A program made the position numbers and the translations under genes. The notes below the pieces were generated by a model. That model saw only the letters and a list, made by a program, of their open reading frames with translations, was not told where the DNA came from and did no database searches. From Gemmatimonadaceae bacterium (lineage in GTDB: Bacteria; Gemmatimonadota; Gemmatimonadetes; Gemmatimonadales; Gemmatimonadaceae), in assembly GCA_043718595.1 (NCBI GenBank), contig JAYSVL010000503.1, positions 1-35,407 on the forward strand: a DNA stretch of 35,407 bases, written 5' to 3'. Below are positions 27,136 through 35,407 of the stretch, piece after piece; within the stretch, counting starts at the first letter, position 1, and each line of letters starts with the position of its first letter.

Positions 27136-27578
27136 GCTTGGTGTGCTCCGGATTCGGCGTGACGTTTGAGATCCGCCGCAAAGCGATCGAACGATTCGTC
27201 GAACGAGGGGATCATGCGGGCGAACAGCGGGAAGAGCGGACCGCCAATGCGTTCGCGCATCGTGAACCGTACACCGCCGTCGCTCGTGGATGTGATGGAA
27301 TACGTCCGCGCACCCATGGCATCGCCCCAGACAAGCGTTGTCGGTGGTGTGAACTCGCGCACCGTGAGCGAGAACACGCGTTCGGGGTCGAGGTAAGACT
27401 TGAGCTTGATCTTCCCGTGTGGCACAATCTGACCGTCAATCGAGAGCACGGTCGACGTCCACTGCGGGAATTGTTCAGCGTTGGTCAGAATCGACCACAG
27501 TTGCGCGGGCGTCGCGCGAACCTCAATGGAAACTTCCGTCTGGCGAGAAAAGACACGTCGAATCGTTGAGGCGCTCAT
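27132..27578 (-). CDS. SRPBCC domain protein
   Basis: SIEVRATP..LW.ILT...FP.W and FTMRE...GPL...FAADLK motifs. Confidence 0.85.
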   Translation of the reverse strand: MSASTIRRVFSRQTEVSIEVRATPAQLWSILTNAEQFPQWTSTVLSIDGQIVPHGKIKLKSYLDPERVFSLTVREFTPPTTLVWGDAMGARTYSITSTSDGGVRFTMRERIGGPLFPLFARMIPSFDESFDRFAADLKRHAESGAHQA

Positions 27579-27593
27579 GCACCGAAGCTGGCC

Positions 27594-28442
27594 TCAGCCG
27601 CTCGCGCCGTCTTGTACAAATCGGACAACATTAGGGCTAAAGTCGACAGGCGCGCCCGGCGGGAAGTAGCCGAGCTGCCGTGATGGGGCGACGCCGGTGA
27701 AGCGCTTGAAATCGCGCACAAAGTGTGATTGATCGGCAAACCCACACTCCGTCGCGACGCTGCCAAGCGACACGCCAGGGTCCGTCTTGAGCCGATTGAG
27801 GCTGCGCTGAAATCGTGTGACACGGGCAAACGTTTTTGGGCTCACGCCGATGTGACGACGAAACAGGCGGTCGACAGTGCGGAGTGTTGTGTTGCCCATG
27901 TCGGCGAGGTGATCAATGCGCAGCGATCCGCCGTGGTGCTCTTGCAGCGATTTGAGCCGAAGTACGAGCTCCATGTGCGGTGTCAGCGAGAAGCGTGCCG
28001 CGAAGAACGCGTCGAGTGCCTGTGTCTGCGGTGCAATGTGAGCGCCAGCGTCTAGCAGCGTCGCTTCGAGGTCTCGCGCATCGTCGCCAAAAGCTTCGTC
28101 CAGGGGGACGATGCGGTCGGTCCACTCGTTGAGCGGGTGCCGTACGAACGGCATCAGCCCGCCGGTGCGAAAGCGTGCTCCGGTGACGACCACCGCACCA
28201 CGCTGCTCGATGCGTATCGGATGCAGTCGTTGCGCATCGAGATTGGAGTGTGTAACTCGGACGCGCGTATTGTCATTCGCCGTGCGATGATACGGAGCGC
28301 CGAAATTGAAGATCAGATCAGCCCTGAGGTCGACAAAGACATCAACCGAGAAGTCGAATGGCTGTTCGGGCGTCGCGAACACGTGCCAGTAGTGTTCGAT
28401 GTACGGTTGTAGTGCGGCGTGTGGAACCGACAGCTGGTACAT
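27594..28442 (-). CDS. AraC family transcriptional regulator (DUF6597-type N-domain)
   Basis: P...LQPYIEHYW N-terminus. C-terminal R.VDRLF..HIGVSPK.F.RV.RF and CGFADQSHF.RDFK.FTG. Confidence 0.92.
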   Translation of the reverse strand: MYQLSVPHAALQPYIEHYWHVFATPEQPFDFSVDVFVDLRADLIFNFGAPYHRTANDNTRVRVTHSNLDAQRLHPIRIEQRGAVVVTGARFRTGGLMPFVRHPLNEWTDRIVPLDEAFGDDARDLEATLLDAGAHIAPQTQALDAFFAARFSLTPHMELVLRLKSLQEHHGGSLRIDHLADMGNTTLRTVDRLFRRHIGVSPKTFARVTRFQRSLNRLKTDPGVSLGSVATECGFADQSHFVRDFKRFTGVAPSRQLGYFPPGAPVDFSPNVVRFVQDGASG

Positions 28443-28491
28443 CGTTAGCCCAAATGGAGTGCCGGTGCCGGGATTTCGTGGTCACGCCTGA

Positions 28492-28941
28492 TCAACGGCT
28501 CGGCCGTGCTGGGCTCAAGGCGTCGCGAATCTGTTGCGCCCATTGCTCCAACACCGCACGCGACGGTAGCAACGGTGCGCTTGGATACACATGCAGCACG
28601 TTGTCGCCAACGTAGCGTGGATGCACGTGCATGTGCAGATGAGGCACCTCCTGATTGGCACCCGCACCCGCCGAATGCCACACGCTGATACCATCATTCG
28701 GGAACGCACGATCCACCGCACGCGCCATGCGAGCGGTGGCGATCGCAACGGCCGATATCGTTGCGTCATCCGCATCACGAATGTCGCGCACGTGCCGACG
28801 TGGAATGATCAGCACGTGCCCGGGATGAAACTGCCGTAAGTCCACGAACGCTATCGTCAGTGCATCTTCCGCGACGATACTCGCTGGAACCGTACCAGCG
28901 ACGATCGCGCAAAAGACACACGGTGCGTCCTCACCGTGCAC
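28492..28941 (-). CDS. HIT family protein
   Basis: CVFC.I, PGHVLIIP..H and QEVPHLHMHV histidine triad. GTG start just after the upstream stop. Confidence 0.9.
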   Translation of the reverse strand: MHGEDAPCVFCAIVAGTVPASIVAEDALTIAFVDLRQFHPGHVLIIPRRHVRDIRDADDATISAVAIATARMARAVDRAFPNDGISVWHSAGAGANQEVPHLHMHVHPRYVGDNVLHVYPSAPLLPSRAVLEQWAQQIRDALSPARPSR

Positions 28942-28942
28942 G

Positions 28943-30643
28943 TCAGCGGTTGGGCGACGGTGTTGCCGTTGTGGATCGTGTTCTCCGTTGCGCGTCACCC
29001 ATCTTTTCGACATCGTCGAGCAACTTCTTGGCGTCGTAGACAATGCCGTCCTTAATCGTCCACTTCACACCGCCGTAGTTCTCGACTTTGCCCGTCGTGT
29101 CGTTGAGACGGAACCATCCGGTACCGTACAACACCTTGAGATTGGCCACGGGGTTGGCGTCCACAATCACCAGATCGGCCAGCATGCCTGTTTCCACGGT
29201 GCCGTACTCGATCGGCTTGTGCATCGGCTTGAAGATGGTTTCCGCTGCGTGCAATGTGCCGGCGCGAATCGCTTCCGTTGGAGTGAAGCCGGCTTCCTGC
29301 AACAGCTCAAGCTCTTCAATCGTGGAGAATCCGGGCGTGTTGTAGATGAAGCCCGCGTCCGAACTCGCGGTCACGCGTCCGCCCATGTTCTTGTAGTCGT
29401 TCACAAACTCCATCCACACACGATAGAAGTTGCGCCACGCCACTTCGTCTTCCGTCGTCCAGTTGTAGAAGTACGCGCCATGATTGGTGCGGCTTGGCGT
29501 GTAGAAATCCCACTGTGTTGGAATCGTGTATTTCGCATGCCACGGTTCGTTCATGCGTTTGACAATATCCCGACCGGTGAGATACGTCGTCATTGTGGGG
29601 TCGAGCGTGACGTCACGATCTTTCAGGTTTTTGAGAAACGCGTTCCACTTGACACTGTGCGGCTTGACCAGAGACCACTGCCGCGCGACCTGGCCAAAAC
29701 GTGTTTGTTCGTCTTGCAGGTTGGCGTCGGTGGGCCATGGCTGCACCTGATTGTTCTCGTACATCGACTCAAAAATTCCGTAGAAATGCGTCACGGCTTC
29801 GAGTCCGAGCTTGGTGGCCATGTCGGCGTTCATCTGCGCGACGCCTTGTTGCTGCAGGTGCGCCGTCGAACCCAGGTTGAGTTTCTTGGCCTCGTCGAGC
29901 AGCGCGGCCATGATGTCCGCACGTTCGGCACCAAGTTTGAGTCCCTCCGCACCGTTGGCTTTGGCCCATCGCACCCATTCACGCGCGACGTCCGGTGTGC
30001 GCGGCACACCACGTCCCCAACCGCTGCCCGGGCGCTGATAAACGATGTAGCGTGGGGCGGCGATTTCGTTCTTCGCGCTGCGTTCGCGTTCTTTGACTGA
30101 GTAGTCAAAGCTGGCAAACGGCACGCCGCGCACTGCCGTGATCCCATGCGCCAACCACAGCTTGTTGTAGTATTCGCTGTCCGGCGCTTTCTGCATCGTG
30201 CCTTGATGCACATGCAGATCAACGAGACCCGGCATCATATACATCCCGTTGGCGTTGATCTCCTTCACCGCGCCTTTGGGACGCTTGGTTTCGTCAATTT
30301 TCACGTGCGGGTAACCCACACTCGCGATCTCGACGATCCGATTGCCCTCAATGACGACATCCACCGGGCCTCGCGGTGCGCTGCCGTAGCCGTCAATCAG
30401 GTTGACGCCGCGCACAATCATGCGGGTGAACGGACCCTCGCCTTCCTTGCGTGCGGGTGCCGGTCGTGGATCCTCACTGCGCTCGGCTTTCAGTCGTTGT
30501 TCGATGGCGCTATCGAGCGCGAGCGCCACGGGCAAACGAACTGGCGTGCGTTGCGCGTGTGCGAAGGCGGGGATCAGCGCGGTCACGAGTGCTGCACGCA
30601 ACCCCCGTGAGCAGAGTTGTAGAACGGAACGGTGGGTCGCCAT
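28943..30643 (-). CDS. Secreted amidohydrolase-superfamily protein
   Basis: Signal peptide (AFAHA), MPGLVDLHVH, SSDAG and G.VE.G.LADLVIVD.NP motifs. Start placed at the ATG at 30643 after a GGAG RBS. Confidence 0.88.
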   Translation of the reverse strand: MATHRSVLQLCSRGLRAALVTALIPAFAHAQRTPVRLPVALALDSAIEQRLKAERSEDPRPAPARKEGEGPFTRMIVRGVNLIDGYGSAPRGPVDVVIEGNRIVEIASVGYPHVKIDETKRPKGAVKEINANGMYMMPGLVDLHVHQGTMQKAPDSEYYNKLWLAHGITAVRGVPFASFDYSVKERERSAKNEIAAPRYIVYQRPGSGWGRGVPRTPDVAREWVRWAKANGAEGLKLGAERADIMAALLDEAKKLNLGSTAHLQQQGVAQMNADMATKLGLEAVTHFYGIFESMYENNQVQPWPTDANLQDEQTRFGQVARQWSLVKPHSVKWNAFLKNLKDRDVTLDPTMTTYLTGRDIVKRMNEPWHAKYTIPTQWDFYTPSRTNHGAYFYNWTTEDEVAWRNFYRVWMEFVNDYKNMGGRVTASSDAGFIYNTPGFSTIEELELLQEAGFTPTEAIRAGTLHAAETIFKPMHKPIEYGTVETGMLADLVIVDANPVANLKVLYGTGWFRLNDTTGKVENYGGVKWTIKDGIVYDAKKLLDDVEKMGDAQRRTRSTTATPSPNR

Positions 30644-30818
30644 GAGGGTCGCTCTCCAAGCGGCGGGTGCGGGACTGCGGATTTCACGGAGAAACCGCGC
30701 AACCGATCGTAGCGCCACAACCAACACGACGGCAAGCGTGTTTATCGACTTGGCGCGCTCGAGGGGCACAGAGGCGTCCCGTCGTGCCAGTCCGACCGGC
30801 CCATCGTGTCCGCTGTTG

Positions 30819-31364
30819 TTACACCCGAACCTGGCCCCGAAACCCCCGCGCAGCATAGTACGACCCGGCACCGTTGTGATAGACGAACACATGGTCGTAC
30901 CGACGGTCGCAGAACAGCGCGCCACCAAGCGCTCGGATGTTCGTCGGTGTTTGTATCCAGCTCGACGTCTTGCGATCGAACTCGCCCAGCGTTTGCAACA
31001 TGCGGTAGTCGGCCTCTGTGAGCAGCTCGATCCCGATGGCCGAGGCCGTGTCCACAGCGTTGCCAGCGGGTTTGTTCTCCCTCCGCGCACCGAGCGCCTT
31101 GCGGTCGAAGCACAGACTCCGGCGACCGGCCGGGCTCTCCGCCGCACAATCGCAGAAGACCAGTTCGCCCGTCGTACTGTCGCGTGCAATCACATCCGGC
31201 TCACCGCCGGACTGTTCCATGGCGAAGAGCGTCTTGAGCTTTGCCGCCTGTTTTTCAAGTCGTGCTTCAACGGGGCTCCACGCGATCCCCGCATGACGAC
31301 GCGGATGTCTCGTGAAACGCTCGTGGAGTGTGGCGATCAGTGCAGTGCGCTGTGCGGCGTTCAT
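30819..31364 (-). CDS. DUF4256 domain protein
   Basis: ME.SGGEPDV, ESP.GRRSLC.D, FD.KTSSW, GGALFCDRRY and YHNGA.SYY.ARGFRG motifs. GGAG RBS before 31364. Confidence 0.85.
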   Translation of the reverse strand: MNAAQRTALIATLHERFTRHPRRHAGIAWSPVEARLEKQAAKLKTLFAMEQSGGEPDVIARDSTTGELVFCDCAAESPAGRRSLCFDRKALGARRENKPAGNAVDTASAIGIELLTEADYRMLQTLGEFDRKTSSWIQTPTNIRALGGALFCDRRYDHVFVYHNGAGSYYAARGFRGQVRV

Positions 31365-31399
31365 GGCTGTCTCCCCTCGTCGAGACGGTGGGGTGGGTG

Positions 31400-33376
31400 C
31401 TACCTCGATACCTTGTCGAAGGTGATGTTGCCGATCGCGTAGTCGCGCCAACTCGCGTAATCAAAGTGCCACCACTCGAGCGAGTTGATGACGAATCCTT
31501 CATCAACCATCGCCTTCCGCAGCAGCGCGCGAGTCCAACGTTCGCGCGCCGTCCCACCGGGATAGTCCGCGTGCGCGCGACCGGTGCTCTCGTCATACGT
31601 ACTCGGCATGTCGACCGGCTGTCCCGTCTTGAGATCGTACAGCGTGAGATCCACCGCTGCGCCGCGATTGTGTTTGGAACCGTCGGCGGGATTGGCCACC
31701 AGCCAGCGTTTGTCTGTAGGCATCGCGTCCCAGAACATCCGGGTCACGTACCACGGCCGATACGCATCGTGGATCAGGAGCCCGTACCCGTACGCGCGTA
31801 ACGCCTTGTGCGCGCGCACGACGGCGTCGGCCGCCGGTCGTTGCATGAACGCACGTGCTTCGTCGTAGAACTTTGCGCCGACAAAATTGTTGGTCGTTGC
31901 GTAGCGAATTTCAAGTTTGATCGTTGGGTCGAGCGTGATCAGTTCAACGAGATCGCTCGCACGCGCCGGTGGCTTCTCTGTGGGCGGTGATGCGAGCAGA
32001 GCTTCGCGTCGAATGTCGGCAATGCGGCGAACGGGTGTGACTTTCAGTTGATTCGCACCGTCTGCGGGGCCGACGCGCAGTTTCGTCAAACGCAGCCGCT
32101 GTAGTTCCGCGGGCGACACGGTTGTGCGTGACAACGTCGCACGCGCGGTGTCGAGCAAGACCAGCTTGCCACTGTCTTCGATGACAAGGACTACACGACC
32201 GCCGCGGTCGTATTCACCAACGAGTTTGCGCAATGCTGGCACATCTGCGGGTATTGGCAAGCTCGCGAGCGCGCCCGGTTGCGCCCGTTCGGCCATTTGC
32301 GCGTCGAAGTAATCGACGATCCGCCGAGCCGTGTGGCCAAGCATGTCTTCGGTTTCGGCAAGAGGCCCCGTGATGCCGTTCGCAAAGAACGCGACAATGA
32401 TCGTGCCACGGCGCGCGTACACCATGCCGACGTCGTTGGCGATGACCGGACTGTCGCCCGTTTTATGCGATACCGGAACGTCGAGAAAATGCGGAATGCG
32501 TCGCACGCCCAATTGCTGTCGACTCATGATCGTGCGCATCGTCGCCGTACTCGCCGCCGATGTCATCGTGCCACGTTCGATGGCTTCGAGGAGTCGCCCC
32601 GTTTCGCGGGGATTCATGTCCCCCAGCCAGTAGTCGTGGTTTTGCACTGAGAGTGTGTTGCGGCCATTCGCAATGATCCTGCGGTTGACCGGGTCGCGCA
32701 CCATCGCCACCCACTTGGCACGCTCGGCAGTAAAGAGCGGCGCGTACAGTTCGAAGAGTGGGTTGTCCTGCATCGCGTACTGCAGTCCGGTGGTCTCTTC
32801 GGCCGTGAGCGTTTCGAACTCGGGATTCACCAGCGCGAGCAGCTTGCGGCGATACACGTGCCCCCGCGCCACCATGCTCAAATGCGAAAACCCTGAGGCT
32901 TTGAGCCACGCATTCAGGCTGTCCACGCCACCGATCTTCATCACCATCATATCGGTCGCGGTGTTGTCGCTCGTGATCACCATTTCGGTGATAAGGTCTT
33001 TGATGGTGGGCGTCTGCCCGAGGTCGTGAAACTGCAACACGCCCGTGCCATCGCGGAGATCCGCGCGATGAATTGCTACCCGCTCCTCAAGATTCAGCTT
33101 GCGCTGGTCGACCAACTGAAACGCGCGGACCATGATTGTCAGCTTGATCACACTCGCGCTGCTAAAGGCGTCGTCTGCGTTAACGGCGGCCTCTTCACCC
33201 GTCGTCAAATGTTTAACGTACACGCCCGCCCGCGCAGGAAATCGCGCTAAGTCCGCTTCAAGCATGCGCGTGAGTGCGCTGGTGGTTGTTTGCGCTGCGG
33301 CTGGCGCAAGCACGAGCAGGCTACAGATCGCGGCGCGTACCGTTGCGTGCAAGGTTCGCCATCGTGCGATTCGCAT
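31400..33376 (-). CDS. Class A beta-lactamase-like serine hydrolase fused to an M15 D-Ala-D-Ala dipeptidase (VanX/DdpX-like)
   Basis: Signal peptide, then SVIK, SDN and HKTG. C-terminal IRYAT..NF.G, DAYRP, SKHNRG.AVD and EWWHFD. Confidence 0.88.
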   Translation of the reverse strand: MRIARWRTLHATVRAAICSLLVLAPAAAQTTTSALTRMLEADLARFPARAGVYVKHLTTGEEAAVNADDAFSSASVIKLTIMVRAFQLVDQRKLNLEERVAIHRADLRDGTGVLQFHDLGQTPTIKDLITEMVITSDNTATDMMVMKIGGVDSLNAWLKASGFSHLSMVARGHVYRRKLLALVNPEFETLTAEETTGLQYAMQDNPLFELYAPLFTAERAKWVAMVRDPVNRRIIANGRNTLSVQNHDYWLGDMNPRETGRLLEAIERGTMTSAASTATMRTIMSRQQLGVRRIPHFLDVPVSHKTGDSPVIANDVGMVYARRGTIIVAFFANGITGPLAETEDMLGHTARRIVDYFDAQMAERAQPGALASLPIPADVPALRKLVGEYDRGGRVVLVIEDSGKLVLLDTARATLSRTTVSPAELQRLRLTKLRVGPADGANQLKVTPVRRIADIRREALLASPPTEKPPARASDLVELITLDPTIKLEIRYATTNNFVGAKFYDEARAFMQRPAADAVVRAHKALRAYGYGLLIHDAYRPWYVTRMFWDAMPTDKRWLVANPADGSKHNRGAAVDLTLYDLKTGQPVDMPSTYDESTGRAHADYPGGTARERWTRALLRKAMVDEGFVINSLEWWHFDYASWRDYAIGNITFDKVSR

Positions 33377-33387
33377 TTCGCGAGCCG

Positions 33388-33864
33388 TTACGGTCGACTG
33401 AGCACGGCGCTGCACTTGATCTCGACGCGTGCAGCCGGACGAGGCAGCGCCGTGACCGAAAGCGTCGCGCGTGCTGGCGGGTTGACGCGAAAAAACTCCT
33501 GATACACGGTGTTCATCGCCGCGTACTCGGTCATGTCCGTAAGAAAGACCGTACACTCCGCCACGTCCGCCATGGTCGCGCCGCCGGCTTGCAACGACGT
33601 GCGAATGTTCTCGAGCGTCTGTCGCGTTTGCGCCGCTATGCCGCCGTCGATGATGTCCTGCGTGCCGGGCTTGATACCGGTCATGCCGGAGACAAACACC
33701 ATGTTGCCATGACGGATGGCGACAGAGTACGCAGGCACTAACGGTGAAATACCTGGGGGATTAATGACTTGGCGTTTGCCGGCGGCGGCGCGTTTCTGCG
33801 CCATCAACGAGAGTGGGAAAGTCAGAACGGCCACAGCGGCGAGTGAGCGAAACGGTCGGGTCAT
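33388..33864 (-). CDS. RidA/YjgF/UK114 family protein with N-terminal signal peptide
   Basis: YS.A, VFVSG, QT.Q.LENI, MN.VY..FF..PPARAT and VEI motifs. Confidence 0.9.
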   Translation of the reverse strand: MTRPFRSLAAVAVLTFPLSLMAQKRAAAGKRQVINPPGISPLVPAYSVAIRHGNMVFVSGMTGIKPGTQDIIDGGIAAQTRQTLENIRTSLQAGGATMADVAECTVFLTDMTEYAAMNTVYQEFFRVNPPARATLSVTALPRPAARVEIKCSAVLSRP

Positions 33865-33882
33865 GGGAGATGAGTAGAAGGC

Positions 33883-34878
33883 TTACCGGGAGGACGGCTG
33901 GCGACGTGCTGGCACGACGATTGGCACGAACCATGTCGGCGAAATAAAGCGCGACGTTGGCGACGCGGCAGTAACCTCTGCCTGAAATCGCTTGCGGTCG
34001 GCGAGGTTCGCCGCCGAGGGGTTGGGATCACCATAGGCATCGGCGTGCGTTGGGATCACAACGGCGGGCTTGCCCAGGGCGCGCATGAGCCGCGCGGTGA
34101 ACTGATAGATCTCCAGTCGCTGGCTGTTGGCGCCGACGAGCGCGATGTCTGGGCGCAACCCTTCCATCTCACGCTCAATGTAGTTCATCGACCCCATGAT
34201 CAGCACTTCGTGGCCCCCCATGCGGAGCACGTACGCGAGGTTGCCACCTTCGACGTACTGGTTTCGGCGCAGTGGCGCCTTGAGTCCGCGTGGCGCTGTG
34301 CCAACGATGCCGCGCCCGTTGTTGTAGTACTGCTTGTGATCGAGTGCGCTGTGAATATTGGGAATCACGCGCAGAGAAAAGTCGCCGAAGTCATAGTCTT
34401 CACCGCCGATCACGGTAATGAGCGACGAATCGGGCACGTTGTATGCACGCGCGAGATTGGCGGCGGTTTCGTGTCCGATGATGACCGCGCCCGTGCGACG
34501 CGAGATGTACCCAGCGTCGAGCGCATGATCAGGGTGACCATGCGTGATCACGATGTAGTCGGCCTTCTTCACATGTTGATTGATCAACGCCGTGTCGGGC
34601 ATGTAGAAGGCATTCGGCGCCACGTCTGGTGCCGGTCCTGTTGGCGTCCATCGCGCGAACTGGGTGAGAAACGGGTCGATGAGGACGACCTTGCGTCCGT
34701 CGGTGATTTCCCAGCCCGCGTTCCCAAGGTATGTCAGACGGAGGTCGCCCTTGTTGAGGGTGACGTTCGCGGTCGCGGTCGGCTTCGCTGTTTGAGCGGC
34801 GAGTGGTGGTCCCACCGGTGACGCCACGAAACCGATACTCAGAAACAGGCTACACGCTACGGCGAAACCTCGACACAT
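33883..34878 (-). CDS. Secreted MBL-fold metallo-hydrolase (UlaG-like)
   Basis: YLGNAG, LIDPF, THGHPDH and IPTH.D motifs. GGAG RBS before the ATG at 34878. Confidence 0.88.
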   Translation of the reverse strand: MCRGFAVACSLFLSIGFVASPVGPPLAAQTAKPTATANVTLNKGDLRLTYLGNAGWEITDGRKVVLIDPFLTQFARWTPTGPAPDVAPNAFYMPDTALINQHVKKADYIVITHGHPDHALDAGYISRRTGAVIIGHETAANLARAYNVPDSSLITVIGGEDYDFGDFSLRVIPNIHSALDHKQYYNNGRGIVGTAPRGLKAPLRRNQYVEGGNLAYVLRMGGHEVLIMGSMNYIEREMEGLRPDIALVGANSQRLEIYQFTARLMRALGKPAVVIPTHADAYGDPNPSAANLADRKRFQAEVTAASPTSRFISPTWFVPIVVPARRQPSSR

Positions 34879-34958
34879 GACGTCTCCATGAAAGGACAGG
34901 GCTGAAACGGGACCAACGCCGATCTGTTCTTCACGCGGACGGCGTGTCTGCTGCGCCA

Positions 34959-35405
34959 CTACTTCTTGTCCGCGGCCTTGAGGAACTCGCGCGCATCTTT
35001 GACGCTCTGCTCGGCGGCGTCCCACTGCGTGACGTGCGCCGCGTCCTTATACAGGATGAACTTCGCGCCCGGGATGAGCTTCGCGTGTTGCTCGATGAGC
35101 CTGGGGCCGAGTTCGTCGAATTCTCCAGTGGTCATGAGCACCGGCACTTTGATCGTGGGCAGGATGTGCATGGCACTGTATCCCTTGAGCGTGCCGACGA
35201 CCATGGTCTCGTTCTCACCCTGGAAGTACCGATACTGGTCCATGCCAATCATGGCGAACATCGAGTCAAGGTCGACCTTGACCGGGCGACGGAACACGTT
35301 CTTGGCGTAGAACTCGTCGGTGGCAGCCTTGTACGCGGGCGCCTCGAGATTCTTGTCCGTGTTGTACTGCGCGAACGCCTTTTGTGCTGAGTCCGAGAGC
35401 GTCGC
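34959..35405 (-). CDS. Proline iminopeptidase-family alpha/beta hydrolase (C-terminal part, truncated by window edge)
   Basis: Frame is open to the window end. PAY..A..EFY, Y....G.NE...GTL, I.VPVL...GEFDE and AAH motifs. Confidence 0.8.
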   Translation of the reverse strand, partial: ATLSDSAQKAFAQYNTDKNLEAPAYKAATDEFYAKNVFRRPVKVDLDSMFAMIGMDQYRYFQGENETMVVGTLKGYSAMHILPTIKVPVLMTTGEFDELGPRLIEQHAKLIPGAKFILYKDAAHVTQWDAAEQSVKDAREFLKAADKK

Positions 35406-35407
35406 CA

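Noticed and set aside
30644-31189. 182-aa N-terminal extension of the amidohydrolase in the ORF track
   Set aside because: It overlaps the DUF4256 gene in another frame. The signal peptide and RBS support the start at 30643.
31400-33376. Calling this a bona fide bla or vanX resistance gene
   Set aside because: There is no clear Glu166-type omega loop, no van cluster and no mobile context.

Overview
GC-rich bacterial window of about 35 kb. The gene content (TonB receptor, CBM9/DUF5916 protein, many secreted hydrolases) suggests Gemmatimonadota or a similar environmental lineage, but this is inference only. It holds about 33 intact CDSs (two of them cut by the window edges), mostly hydrolases, transport proteins and regulators, with accessory material interspersed. 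The accessory items are: two type II toxin-antitoxin modules with visible 12-bp-phased operators; a frameshifted pseudogene; a DUF2779 double-nuclease gene; a stand-alone 5'-3' exonuclease; a UvrD helicase with an inserted DEDDh exonuclease; a solitary integron-like gene cassette with an attC site, abutted by an IS110 remnant; an unexplained ~165-nt hairpin; and a beta-lactamase-like/VanX fusion. The best candidate for an undescribed system is a tightly coupled pair of STAND-like P-loop ATPases at 19074-23013. The first is short and has no effector. The second carries a winged helix and six exactly 120-bp-phased TPR repeats with fixed variable positions, resembling an NLR-type sensor/partner module near a MazF-type TA. 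I found no rRNA, tRNA, CRISPR array or integrase. All family calls come from motif recognition by eye; no database search was run.
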